DNA from: an uncultured Planctomycetota bacterium
GTDB taxonomy: Bacteria; Planctomycetota; Planctomycetia; Isosphaerales; Isosphaeraceae
Assembly: GCA_963737655.1 (NCBI GenBank)
Contig: CAVTTN010000002.1
Location: 1,280,001-1,344,000 of the forward strand
Length of the DNA: 64,000 nt
Direction: 5' to 3'
A program made the translations under genes and the position numbers. Of the stretch, positions 1 to 10,143 are shown piece after piece; within the stretch, counting starts at the first letter, position 1; the number at the start of each line of letters is the position of its first letter. Under the pieces are notes generated by a model, which saw only the letters and a program-made list of their open reading frames with translations, was not told the DNA's origin and did not search any database.

Positions 1-3000
1 GCGCCGGCTCGTTCACCCCGGGCCCGAACGGCTCGATGACGTTCACGCCGGGGCAGGGCACGGCCACCCTGGTCGGGGGCAGCGGCCCGGCCGTCCTCTT
101 CGGCGGAGCCGGCCCGACGACCCTGATCGGCGGGACCGCCCAATCGACGCTCCACGGAGGGGCCGGGCCGAACCTCCTGTTCGGCGGGTCGGGCCAGGCC
201 ACGCTCTATTCCGGCTCGCTCGGGTCGCCGAACAGCCCGCCCTCGACCCTCTTCGGCGGCTCCGGCAACGACATCCTCTTCGGCGGCCTCGGGCCCGACA
301 CGCTGGAGGCCGGCTCGGGCAACTCCACCCTGAAGGGCGGGCCCGGCGGCCAGCTCCTCTTCGGCGGCTCGGGGAACGACTCGATCGTCTCGGGCTCGGC
401 CCCCGGGAACTCCAACACCCTCTCCGGCGGCTCGGGCGCCACGATCCTCTTCGGAGGCATGGGCAACGACTCGGTCTACGGGGGCACCGGCCCGGCGACG
501 CTCGTCGGCGGATCGGGCCACCAGGTCCTCTTCGGGGGGATCGGCAACGACTCGATCGTCTCCGGGTCGCTCGCCGGGGGAACCGCCACCCTGGCCGGCG
601 GAGGAGGCTCGGACATCCTCTTCGGAGGCCAGGGGACCGAGACCCTCGGCGCCGGCTCGTTCTCGCCGAACGGGACGTTCACGCCGATGACCGGCAACAC
701 GACGATCCAGGGAGGCTCGGGCCCGGCGATCCTCTTCGGCGGCCTGGGCAAGGACGACCTCTCGCTCGGGATGAACTCGCCGGGAGGGACGGTCGTCGGC
801 GGCCTGGGCAATGACGTGATCACCGGCGGCCTCGGCAATGACTGCCTCGTCGGCGGGACCGGCGACGACTCGATCACCGGCAACGGCGGGAACGACGTCC
901 TGATCGGCGGGGGCGGCTTCAACTGGGCCATCGAGGCGGGGAACTACGACTTCACGATCACGCCGACCAGCCTGGTCGGGACCGACTCCGGCCACGTGGC
1001 GAGGATCAACGACTCCCTCCAGCAGATCCAGGCCGTGGCGGTGACTTCGGGCAACTCGCCCCACACGCTCGACGCCTCGGCGTTCGCCGGGACCGCCTCG
1101 CTCTCCGCCGGCTCGGGCGATGACACCCTGATCGCCGGCTCCGGGCCCGACACCCTCGACGGGGGCGCCGGCAATAACTCGCTGGTGGCCGGCTCGGGAG
1201 ACGACACCTTCGCCGTCTCCGGCCTGAACCTGGGGACCGATACGATCGTCCACGGCTCGCCCAGCTTCGGCGTCGAGGCCCTGGACTTCTCCGGGTTCGG
1301 CGCGGCGGTGAATCTCGACCTGAGCAAGGCGGGCCCCCAGGTCGTCAGCCCCGGCAAGACGGTCGTCCTGCCCGATGGCGTATCGATCTCCCAGGCCCTG
1401 GGCTCGGACTACAACGATACGATCATCGGCAACGCGATGGACGACACCCTGATCGGCGGAGGCGGGTCGGACATCCTCGCCGCCGGGACGGGCTCGAGCA
1501 ACACGCTGATCGGCGGCAAGTTCCAGGTCGTCTTCCTCGACTTCGACACCAAGGACGGCGGCGACGCCTCGGCCTATGGCCTCCACGACTACACCACCGA
1601 CGAGCGCCAGGCGATCCTCCAGGGGATGATCCGCGACTACTCGGCCTTCTCCTACAGCTTCACGCTGACGAAGCCGACCGCCGGCGCGTTCACCACGCTC
1701 TACATCAACGACCCCGCGCTGATGGGCCTGGAAGGCGGGATCGGCGACGAGATCGACTGGAGGAACGTCGACCCGACGGACGACGCGTCGATCAACGTCA
1801 ACGGCCTGCTCGGCCACGCCGGGCAGCCGGCGGCGGACTCGGCCGACTTCATCGGGATGACGATCACCGTCTCGGCCCACGAGCTCGGCCACCTCCTGGG
1901 GCTGAAGCACTCCGACGCCTTCGGGCCGATCGGCTCGGGGATCTCGCCTCAGGTCAGCCCCACCGCGTTCGTCACCCAGGCGATCTTCGACGCCAACCCG
2001 GACGACCCGCCGATCCTCGTCCCCTACCTCGGCCTGACCGCCGCCGACGAGACGAACCTGCACATCATGGCCTCCGGCGCCGCCACCCACACCTCCGGGT
2101 TCGACTCGGTCAAGGCCACGTTCTTCGGCGAGCGCGAGGCGATCAAGCTCTCCTACGACGAGCAGGGCTCGCCCGTGGCCGAGACGAGCGCCTCCCACAA
2201 CGTCGTGACCGCCCCTCAGCCGATCGGCCTGTCCGCCGACGGCGAGCTCCAGGCCATCAACGTCCCGAACACCGACGTCTCCGGGATCTATGCCGGCCAG
2301 TCGTTCGACGTCCACGCCGGAGACGTGATCGGCCACATCGGCCTGGACGCCAAAGGCAACTCGGAGAGCGATTTCTACTCGTTCACCGCGATGGCCGGAG
2401 ACCTCCTCAACGCCGACGTCTACTCCGCCAGCCTGGCGAGGATCACCGACCCGATCGACTCGGTCCTCCGCCTCTACTACCAAGACCCCGTGACGATGCA
2501 GTGGGTCCTCGTCCCGTTCAACGCCGAGGCGAACCCCGGGAGCGTGGCGGTCAACGACGACGGGTTCCAGGGCAGCGATTCCAGCCTGATCGACGTCCCC
2601 CTGCCGACGACCGGCACGTACGTCCTTGAGGTCGCCACCTCGAGCCCGGCCGGCACCCACACGCACTACACCGGCGATTACGAGCTCTTCGCCTCCACCT
2701 TCCGCCTCGGGGCGAGCGAGGCGAAGGGGGACACGCTCTATAGCGGCTCGGGCGCCGACGTGGTGATCGCCGGCTCGAGCAACGACACGATCATCGCCCA
2801 GCCGAAGAAGGACGTGGTCCAGTACGGCTCCGGGGACGCGAACACCGTCGATAGCCTGCCCCCGCAGAACGTCTCGGCCGGGGCGAATCAGTCCGTGACC
2901 GAGGGGGGCACCGTCGGCCTCCTCGGCTCCTTCTTCGACCCGGCCGTCAACCACACCGATACCGTCCTCTGGCACCTGCTCTCCGGCCCGGCCGGCGCGC

Positions 3001-5981
3001 CTCTGCCCGATGCCTCGACGCTCGCCTACGGGTTCACGGCGACGAGGCCCGGCACCTACGTCCTCGACTTCAGCGTGAACGACGGCGTCGATGCCCCCGT
3101 GCATTCGTCGGTCACCATCACCGCCGCCGATACCCCGCCCGCGGTCACCTCGCCGATCCGACCCGGGCACCCCGAGGACGAGCAAACGACCGTCGAGGGC
3201 ACGACCCTCCAGGTCCATCTCGGCTCGTTCACCGACCCGGGCACGCTCGACGGCCCCTGGCAAGTCCTCGTCGCCTGGGGAGACGGCAAGACCGACTCGT
3301 TCTCGGAGGACTCGCCCGGTTCGCTCGGCACTTATGCACACACCTACGCCGATAACCTCCCCGGAAACGCCGACTACTCCGTGACGGTGACCGTCACCGA
3401 AGGCCCCGGCCTCTTCGGCACCGTCTCGTTCCCGGTCGGCGTGACCAACGCCCCGCCGGTCGTCGCCGCGATCTCCAACGTGGTCCAGCCCTATTCCGTC
3501 CCCCTGAGTGCCTCCGGCTCGTTCGCCGACCCCGGCGCCGATGCCCCCTGGGCCGGGACGGTCGATTACGGCGACGGCACGCCCGGCAACCCCGACATTC
3601 AGACCCTCACGATCGATCAGGCCACCAAGACGTTCTCCCTGAACAAGACCTACGCCAACCCCGGCATTTACACCGTCTCGGTGAACGTGACCGACAAGGA
3701 CGGAGCGGCCGGGACGACCAGCTTCACCGTGACGTCGGCCGGTCCCCCGGTCGTGACCTCGCCGATCCGACCCGGGCATCCCGAGGACAAGCAAACGACC
3801 GCCGAGGGCACGCCGCTTCAGGTCAACCTCGGCTCGTTCACCGACCCGCTGGGCGGAGACGGCCCGTGGACCGTCCTCATCGCCTGGGGAGACGGCAAGA
3901 CCGACACCATGCAGGAGGTTTCCGCCGGCTCTCTGGGCGCGGTCTATCACACGTATGCCGATAATTTCGCCAATAACGCCGACTACTCCGTGACCATCAC
4001 CGTCACGGGCTCCGATCACCTCCCCGGCTCGGTCTCGTTCCCGGTCGGCGTCACGAACGCCCCGCCGGCCGTCGCCTCGATCGCCAACGTCTCGCAGACC
4101 TTCCCGAACGCCCTGAGCGTCGCCGGCTCGTTCGCCGACCCCGGCGCCGATGCCCCCTGGGCCGGGACGGTCGATTACGGCGACGGCACCCCGCAGAACC
4201 CCGACGTCCAGCCCCTGACCCTCGATCAGGCCACCAAGACGTTCTCCCTGAACAAGACCTACGCCAACCCCGGCAACTACGCCGTCAAGGTGACGATCAC
4301 CGACAAGGACGGAGCGGCCGGGACGACCAGCTTCAGCGTCAACGAGTACACGCAGATCTCGGCCTCGCTCCGCACGCCCCCGGCGTACTCGGCCAACGGG
4401 ATCTCCACGCTCGGCGTGACGTTCTCCAACCCGATCAAGGCATCCAGCTTCACTCCGGCGGCCCTGACGATCACCCGAGAAGGCCAGCCGGTGACGATCC
4501 CGGGCTTGACGATCGCGCCGACCCCGGGAGACAACACCGGCACGCTGTTCACAATCTCGGGACTCGGCTCGGTCGGGTCTCCTCTGATCGAGGGGCGGTA
4601 CTCGATCACCCTGGACGCCTCGAAGGTCACCGACGCGACCGGCCATCCCGGCCTCGGCGTGACGGCCCCGGCCACGTTCCTCGTCGATCGCACGGCGCCG
4701 ACGAGCAAGGTCCAGGCGTTCGCCTCGCAGAAACAGGCCACGGAGACCTTCCCCGTGACCGTCACGTTCAGCGACCCGGCGCCGGCCTCCGGCGGGACGC
4801 CCTCGGGCGTGGCGTCGTACAACCTCTATTACGCGATCGACAACGGCGCGTTCTCCGAGTTGCAAAAGATCGTCGTGACGCCCAACCCGGTGACCGGCGT
4901 CCTGCCCACGACGGTCAACTTCACCGCGACGAGCGGCCACTCCTACAGCTTCCGGGCGGTCGCCACGGACCTCGCCGGGAACGTCGAGAGCAAGCCGGTC
5001 TCCTCGGAGGCGTTCGCCGTCGTCCCCGACCTCGACCCGCCCGCCACCACGGTCTCGGCGGTCGTCGGCAACGCTGCCGCCGGGTCGTTGACGGTCAGCT
5101 ACCAGGGCAGCGACCTGCCCGCGTCCAGCGCCGTCGGGATGGCCAGCTTCGAGCTGTTCGCGGTGGTGGACCTGGAGAAGAACCCCAACGCTCCGGCCGT
5201 GGACCTCGGCACCCTCGCGGCCAACAATCCTCTGGGCGTCTCGACCGGCCAGTACACCTATCCGGCCATCGCCGACGGCAATAACCACAGCTACCGCTTC
5301 TTCACCGTGGGCAAGGACAGGAACGGCAACGTCGAGGCCGCCCCGGCGAGCCTTTCGGCCCTGCCCTCCACCAGCCTGACGGTCCAGGCGGCCCCGCTGA
5401 AGGCCACCGATTTCTCGGTGGACCACGGCTCCAGCAACCGCTCGTTCGTCCGTTACGTGGACGTCGTCTTCAACGAATCCAACGCGACGAACTCCAACGT
5501 CCTGACCAACCTGATCGCCGGAGGCGCGCTGACCCTGACCAGGCACGCGATCACCGGGGTCGCCGTCGGAGACCCCTCGGTCGTCCTGGATAATGCCCAC
5601 GGCGTGAAGGTCTCGGCGATCGACCACACCATCGAGCTGGACTTCGGCGCCGGAGGCGTCGGCTCGGCCTTCGGCGTCGCCAACCCGGCGACCAACGCCG
5701 CGTCCGATGGCTATTACGAGATCGACATGAACCTCGGCGCGGGCCCGGTCACCAAGGCGTTCTTCTACCGCCTGATGGGCGATGTGAACGCCGACGGGAC
5801 CGTCGATACCAACGACGTGACGGTCATCAGCAACGCCCTCGGGTCGTCCTCGACGACCCAGATCCTCGCCGCCGACGCCGACGGCGACTCCGCCGTGACC
5901 GCCAACGACCGCAATATCGCGAGGAAGCAAGCCGGACAGAAGCTGGCCAGCGGCGAATTCAGCAAGCTCGGCCTGCAATGA
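1..5981 (+). CDS. Large secreted protein, probably 5'-partial: RTX-like Gly-rich repeats, zinc metalloprotease domain, PPC-like and PKD domains, C-terminal dockerin-like EF-hand pair
   Basis: ORF 36..5981. GGxGND-like repeats, HELGHLLGLKH metzincin motif (1878-1910) with a later HIMASG possible Met-turn, PKD-like WGDG/DYGDG motifs, and GDVNADGTVDTND...ADADGDSAVTAND at the C-terminus. No signal peptide at the first Met, so it likely starts upstream. Confidence 0.8.
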   Translation, partial: AGSFTPGPNGSMTFTPGQGTATLVGGSGPAVLFGGAGPTTLIGGTAQSTLHGGAGPNLLFGGSGQATLYSGSLGSPNSPPSTLFGGSGNDILFGGLGPDTLEAGSGNSTLKGGPGGQLLFGGSGNDSIVSGSAPGNSNTLSGGSGATILFGGMGNDSVYGGTGPATLVGGSGHQVLFGGIGNDSIVSGSLAGGTATLAGGGGSDILFGGQGTETLGAGSFSPNGTFTPMTGNTTIQGGSGPAILFGGLGKDDLSLGMNSPGGTVVGGLGNDVITGGLGNDCLVGGTGDDSITGNGGNDVLIGGGGFNWAIEAGNYDFTITPTSLVGTDSGHVARINDSLQQIQAVAVTSGNSPHTLDASAFAGTASLSAGSGDDTLIAGSGPDTLDGGAGNNSLVAGSGDDTFAVSGLNLGTDTIVHGSPSFGVEALDFSGFGAAVNLDLSKAGPQVVSPGKTVVLPDGVSISQALGSDYNDTIIGNAMDDTLIGGGGSDILAAGTGSSNTLIGGKFQVVFLDFDTKDGGDASAYGLHDYTTDERQAILQGMIRDYSAFSYSFTLTKPTAGAFTTLYINDPALMGLEGGIGDEIDWRNVDPTDDASINVNGLLGHAGQPAADSADFIGMTITVSAHELGHLLGLKHSDAFGPIGSGISPQVSPTAFVTQAIFDANPDDPPILVPYLGLTAADETNLHIMASGAATHTSGFDSVKATFFGEREAIKLSYDEQGSPVAETSASHNVVTAPQPIGLSADGELQAINVPNTDVSGIYAGQSFDVHAGDVIGHIGLDAKGNSESDFYSFTAMAGDLLNADVYSASLARITDPIDSVLRLYYQDPVTMQWVLVPFNAEANPGSVAVNDDGFQGSDSSLIDVPLPTTGTYVLEVATSSPAGTHTHYTGDYELFASTFRLGASEAKGDTLYSGSGADVVIAGSSNDTIIAQPKKDVVQYGSGDANTVDSLPPQNVSAGANQSVTEGGTVGLLGSFFDPAVNHTDTVLWHLLSGPAGAPLPDASTLAYGFTATRPGTYVLDFSVNDGVDAPVHSSVTITAADTPPAVTSPIRPGHPEDEQTTVEGTTLQVHLGSFTDPGTLDGPWQVLVAWGDGKTDSFSEDSPGSLGTYAHTYADNLPGNADYSVTVTVTEGPGLFGTVSFPVGVTNAPPVVAAISNVVQPYSVPLSASGSFADPGADAPWAGTVDYGDGTPGNPDIQTLTIDQATKTFSLNKTYANPGIYTVSVNVTDKDGAAGTTSFTVTSAGPPVVTSPIRPGHPEDKQTTAEGTPLQVNLGSFTDPLGGDGPWTVLIAWGDGKTDTMQEVSAGSLGAVYHTYADNFANNADYSVTITVTGSDHLPGSVSFPVGVTNAPPAVASIANVSQTFPNALSVAGSFADPGADAPWAGTVDYGDGTPQNPDVQPLTLDQATKTFSLNKTYANPGNYAVKVTITDKDGAAGTTSFSVNEYTQISASLRTPPAYSANGISTLGVTFSNPIKASSFTPAALTITREGQPVTIPGLTIAPTPGDNTGTLFTISGLGSVGSPLIEGRYSITLDASKVTDATGHPGLGVTAPATFLVDRTAPTSKVQAFASQKQATETFPVTVTFSDPAPASGGTPSGVASYNLYYAIDNGAFSELQKIVVTPNPVTGVLPTTVNFTATSGHSYSFRAVATDLAGNVESKPVSSEAFAVVPDLDPPATTVSAVVGNAAAGSLTVSYQGSDLPASSAVGMASFELFAVVDLEKNPNAPAVDLGTLAANNPLGVSTGQYTYPAIADGNNHSYRFFTVGKDRNGNVEAAPASLSALPSTSLTVQAAPLKATDFSVDHGSSNRSFVRYVDVVFNESNATNSNVLTNLIAGGALTLTRHAITGVAVGDPSVVLDNAHGVKVSAIDHTIELDFGAGGVGSAFGVANPATNAASDGYYEIDMNLGAGPVTKAFFYRLMGDVNADGTVDTNDVTVISNALGSSSTTQILAADADGDSAVTANDRNIARKQAGQKLASGEFSKLGLQ
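3147..4336 (+). repeat. Intragenic tandem duplication of a two-PKD module (period 609 bp)
   Basis: acctcgccgatccgacccgggca at 3147 and 3756, and ggagcggccgggacgaccagcttca ending at 3726 and 4335. Confidence 0.85.
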
Positions 5982-6957
5982 GCCTGAGCCACCCCGGCTC
6001 GCTCCTCCTGGCGATCGCCTCCGCGTTCGGCGCGGCGGCGATCGTCCCGGTTTTCCGGTCGCGGGGCCCGAATCGATGGGCGACCGCGGCGGCCTGGTGC
6101 CTCGTCCCGGCCGTCTTCGCCTGCCCGTGGCTGATCCCGGCCGACGACGTGGCCTCTCGGGCGGCCTCGGCGGTCATTTCGACCGACCTCGCCTTGAAGA
6201 TGGTCGATTTCTTCCGGCAATGGGGCCGATTGCCCCCGGGCGAGGCCGTCCGCGAGTATTTCCGGTTGCTCGTCCCGCTGCCGGTCTTCGCGGTCCTCTA
6301 CCCCGACCTGAAGAAACGGCTCCGCCGGCCCGAAAACCCCTGGCCCCAGGTCGCCAAGGTCGTCGGAGGGCTGGCGGGGACGTGTTTCGGGGCCGTGTCG
6401 CTGGTCGTCCTCTCGAAAAATGAGACGCTCCGGGCCTATCCGGTCCTCGATCACGTCGTCAAGATCGTCCTCTTCGTCCCGACCATCGAATCCATCTCCG
6501 CGATGGCCAACGGGCTCGAACGGCTCGCCGGGTTCGACGTGCCGCCGATGCTGAGGCATCCGTTCGCGTCACGGACGGTCGGCGAGTTCTGGGCGAGGTA
6601 CAACGTCCGGGTCCACGGCTGGCTCGTCCGGCACGTGTTCCGCCCTCTCGGGGGACGTCGGCGCCGGCCCGGGCGGTCTGGCTGACTTTCCTCGTCAGCG
6701 GACTCCATCACGAACTGATGTTCGGGATGGCCACATCGCGATTCACGGGATATCAGCTCGCGTTTTTCCTCGCGCAGGCCCCGGCGGTCCTGGCCTCGGG
6801 CCGGGTGGAACGGCTGGCGAGGCGTCGAGGGGTCGCGGGGAAAGCCCTGGCCCACGGGTCGACGCTCGCGTTCCTGGCCGTCACGTCGGTCCTGTTCTTC
6901 CACGGCGTCGGCCTGGTGTTCCCGACGTTTTACGCGGGACGATCGCCCCGGCCATGA
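5978..6957 (+). CDS. MBOAT / wax-synthase family membrane acyltransferase, with an apparent 1-nt deletion at ~6660
   Basis: ORF 5978..6685 carries PFASRTVGEFWARYN. Adding one G at 6660 gives RRAPARAVWLTFLVSGLHHE, the MBOAT His motif, and joins ORF 6718..6957. ATGA overlap with the upstream stop. Confidence 0.75.
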
Positions 6958-6960
6958 GCG

Positions 6961-6988
6961 AAAAAGGGCCCGAGAGGCGGCCGGGCCC
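6961..6988 (-). terminator. Probable intrinsic terminator for the minus-strand genes
   Basis: gggcccg...cgggccc stem followed by T5 on the minus strand (aaaaa at 6961-6965), between convergent genes. Confidence 0.5.
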
Positions 6989-7050
6989 CTCGCCCGGACG
7001 GAGGGGCGTGGGGTCGCCGCGACGAACGATCGAGGAGGCCGCGAGCCGTT

Positions 7051-7335
7051 TCAGAAGCTCAGGGCCGGCTCCAGGCGACGGGGACGGGCGTCGCGATCGC
7101 GGAAGCGGGCGGCGCGCTCCAGGGCCTTGGGCGACGGGGCGACGATCGGCCCGGCCGCGCCTTCGGGCTCGCGGACGAGGATCAGCCCGTCCAGGTCGAG
7201 CGCCGCGAGGATGTCGGTCGTCTCTTCCAGGTCCCGCCCGAGGCGCCGGGCGACCTCGGAGGGGGTCTGCCAGGCCGAGGGGCGGCGCGTCAGGGCGTCG
7301 AGAACGGAGCGCCAGGACTGCGGGACTTCGGACAT
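7051..7335 (-). CDS. Small winged-HTH-like protein
   Basis: MSEVPQSW...TPSEVARRLGRDLEETTDILAALDLDGLI resembles a wHTH. Start placed at ATG 7335 behind a GAG. Confidence 0.55.
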   Translation of the reverse strand: MSEVPQSWRSVLDALTRRPSAWQTPSEVARRLGRDLEETTDILAALDLDGLILVREPEGAAGPIVAPSPKALERAARFRDRDARPRRLEPALSF

Positions 7336-7614
7336 CTCAGGACCTTTCGCGGGGTGGAGAGAACTCATGCGCCGCCGGAGACTCTAGCGAATGTCGGGCC
7401 CGGACCGGGCCCGACCGTCGGTTTTCTTGGGGGCCGGACGGGAGGCCCGTCCCGTCCGCCGCTCGATCACTCGCACGTCTCCGGCGCTTTGACTATCCGG
7501 GATTCGTGAGCGCCGGTCAATCACTGACGATCGGTGACCGTTCGTTATTTGATCGCATCCGGGCCCGTGATGCGTTTCCGCCCTTCGGGCCGATGGACCC
7601 GGACGATGTTCGTT

Positions 7615-8733
7615 CTAGGCGAGCGACCAGGCCCCGTCCATGTCCTCTACTCCCATTACGTCGGCCGTGACGTCTCCCGCCGGGAATTCTTCGGAGAATC
7701 GGCCGCGACGCTGGAGATTCAGGCCGATCGGCTCGTCGGGCCGGGCCACGGGGCGGGCCTGGAGCCGTTCGAGCCGCTCCAACTCCTCGGACGACGGCGC
7801 CTCCAGGCCGGGGAAGCGGGCATCGGCCTCGGCCAGGGCCACCGCGTACTCGGCGCTGGCGATCGCGGCCTCGGAGTCGGCCCGCCGGGCGTCGGCCTCC
7901 CACGAGCGAAGCGCTCCGAGGGCCGCGTCGGGGAATTCGTTCACGCGGTCCAGGACGTTGCGGACCCACCGGGCGGCCGGGCCTTCGGGGGCCTCCCGGG
8001 CCAGGAGGAACGCGGCGGCGCAGGAGTTGGCGTCGCGGGCCTCGGTCGCCTCGTTCACGAATTCTTCCAGGGCCGGGGCGTCGGCCTGGCGGAGCGCCTC
8101 GACGTACCGGACCACGATCCGGGGGTTCAGCCGCTCGGGGCGGTCGCAGGCCGAGTCGATCCGTGCCTGATCCTCGGTCCCCGGCACCCTCGGGCGGAAC
8201 GCTTCGAGCTGGCGTCGGCCCCATTCCTGGGCGGCCTCGTCGCCGCCGTCCTCGGCCTCTCGGCTGAACCTCAGCAGCGAGTCGAGCGTCGGCGACGCCG
8301 GGCCTCCCGTCATCGACCGGACGAAGGCGCGGGCCTCGAACTCGGCCGTCCTCCCGGCGAGCTGGGACTCGATCAGGGCATGCCGCAGGAGGCGATTGGT
8401 CTCCCTCTGGAGCGATTCGAGGGAGCCGCGCTCGCGAGACGCCTTGCGGGCGTCGGCCGCCTTGACCAGGCGTTCGAGGAAGACGGGCGGGACGGGGCTG
8501 AAGCCCTCGGCGCGGGGCAGCAAGTCGCGGCGGACCTTCGCGGCGGCCTCGGCAGCACTCTGGCGAGCGGCCTTCGGCGTGACCTCGCCTCGACGGACCT
8601 GCCGCTCCAGGTTGGTCCGAACGGCGCGGAACGTCGCCAGGGCCGCGTCGGATTCGGCGGCGAACGGCGAGTCATGACGGGCCGCCGCCAGACCGGCCTG
8701 GCTCAGGGCGTCGCGCAGGGGATTCAAGCTCAT
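7615..8733 (-). CDS. Hypothetical alpha-helical protein (~372 aa)
   Basis: Part of ORF 7615..8856 with protein-like composition from MSLNPLRDALSQ (ATG 8733). No recognisable motif. Confidence 0.65.
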   Translation of the reverse strand: MSLNPLRDALSQAGLAAARHDSPFAAESDAALATFRAVRTNLERQVRRGEVTPKAARQSAAEAAAKVRRDLLPRAEGFSPVPPVFLERLVKAADARKASRERGSLESLQRETNRLLRHALIESQLAGRTAEFEARAFVRSMTGGPASPTLDSLLRFSREAEDGGDEAAQEWGRRQLEAFRPRVPGTEDQARIDSACDRPERLNPRIVVRYVEALRQADAPALEEFVNEATEARDANSCAAAFLLAREAPEGPAARWVRNVLDRVNEFPDAALGALRSWEADARRADSEAAIASAEYAVALAEADARFPGLEAPSSEELERLERLQARPVARPDEPIGLNLQRRGRFSEEFPAGDVTADVMGVEDMDGAWSLA

Positions 8734-8834
8734 GGACGAGAGACTCCTCATCGAGGGAAGGGGCCCGCCATCGTCGCGGGCCGGTGGGTCGTCATCAGCG
8801 GTTAGCACTCGACACTCAGCACTCCGAGGCCCTC

Positions 8835-9071
8835 TCAGGCTTCGCCGACGAGCCATTCCAGGGCCTCGACCGCTCGGTCAATGGCCCGGGTCCGGCTGTC
8901 GCCTCGCCGTTCGATCGTCTCGGGATGTTCGGGGCAGGAGAGGCGGGCGATCCACGCCGGATCGGAGACGGCGTCGCGGTGCCAACTGACCAGCCAGCCT
9001 CGGGGGCCGAGCCGGTCACGAAGCCATCGGGCCCGTCGCTCGTCGCGGCGATCTCGGAAGGACAGCAGCAC
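8835..9071 (-). CDS. Small hypothetical protein (~78 aa)
   Basis: 3' part of ORF 8835..9218. GTG at 9071 is preceded by GAGGG, and the gene is co-oriented with its neighbours. Confidence 0.4.
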   Translation of the reverse strand: MLLSFRDRRDERRARWLRDRLGPRGWLVSWHRDAVSDPAWIARLSCPEHPETIERRGDSRTRAIDRAVEALEWLVGEA

Positions 9072-9214
9072 GGAAAGACCCTCGGGTCCGGAGGCGCACC
9101 CGCCCAATCGGGTCACCATCCAAGCGAAACCATCGAGGACGTCCCGACCGCCGATCACCCAATCCGGACTCGAGACGCATTTTTCTCCGGGAGAGGAGCT
9201 CCGAGAGACGCCGG

Positions 9215-10126
9215 TCATCGCTCCTCGCGACCGACCCGCCCCCAGGCCACATGATCGATCGACGTGGCCAGGAAATCCGGGTCATCGAGCAGAAAATCGG
9301 CGGAATCGGGATCGACGAGGTCCGCGAACCGCTCGGAGATCGCTCCTTGGAGCCTCGGGGCCACCCGTTGGGACAACCTTCGGAGATATTCCGCGAAATA
9401 GGTGCGTTCGTCCTCGCTCAAGGGCGAGCCGCGATCGGTGGCGAACGTGCGGGTCCGGATCTCGTGCAGCCCGGCCTTGCGGAAGACCTCGCGGAGCTCC
9501 CTCCCCACGTAGAACTTGCGGGGTTTCTCCACGCTCGCGGCCAGGGACTCCAGCTCGGCGACCCTCACGGCGAGCTCGACCTCGATCGGCCAGGGCAGGA
9601 TCACATGATGGAGCGTATCGGCCTCCAGGACGGCGACAATCCCGCCGGGTTTCGTCACCCGGGCCAGGGCTTTCAGCGCCTCGACGGGGTCGGGGAGACT
9701 GTAAAGGCTCTGGGCGCACCAGGACGCGTCGAACGTGCCCGGGGCGAAGGGGAGCGCGTCGATCGGCGAGGCGGCGAACTCGATCCTCCGGGCCAGGCCG
9801 GCGGATTCGGCGGCCCGGCGGGCGATCTCCAGATAGTCCGGGCTGAGGTCCGCGGCGACGACCCGGCCGGATGGGCCGACTTTGCGGGCCAGCCAGGCGG
9901 AATACGCGCCGTCTCCGCAGGCCATGTCCAGGACGGCCATCCCCTCGGCCACGGGCAGGATCCCGATCATCGCCTCCAACTCCGAGGCGAAGGCGCGATG
10001 GTAGGCGGCGAGCATCGGCTCGTAGCCGGGGACGGCGGGTTTCGGAGGCACGGGGCCGGCCCTCCTTCTCGGGCGGGGATCGCTGGGGCGGAACCCGGCG
10101 AAGACCCGATGCGAAGGGCGTTCCAA
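9215..10126 (-). CDS. Class I SAM-dependent methyltransferase (start uncertain, alternative ATG 10015)
   Basis: VLDMACGDG motif I, ADLS, LPFAPGTFD and LARVTKPGG motifs. Confidence 0.85.
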   Translation of the reverse strand: MERPSHRVFAGFRPSDPRPRRRAGPVPPKPAVPGYEPMLAAYHRAFASELEAMIGILPVAEGMAVLDMACGDGAYSAWLARKVGPSGRVVAADLSPDYLEIARRAAESAGLARRIEFAASPIDALPFAPGTFDASWCAQSLYSLPDPVEALKALARVTKPGGIVAVLEADTLHHVILPWPIEVELAVRVAELESLAASVEKPRKFYVGRELREVFRKAGLHEIRTRTFATDRGSPLSEDERTYFAEYLRRLSQRVAPRLQGAISERFADLVDPDSADFLLDDPDFLATSIDHVAWGRVGREER

Positions 10127-10143
10127 TCGGCCCGGATCGGATC

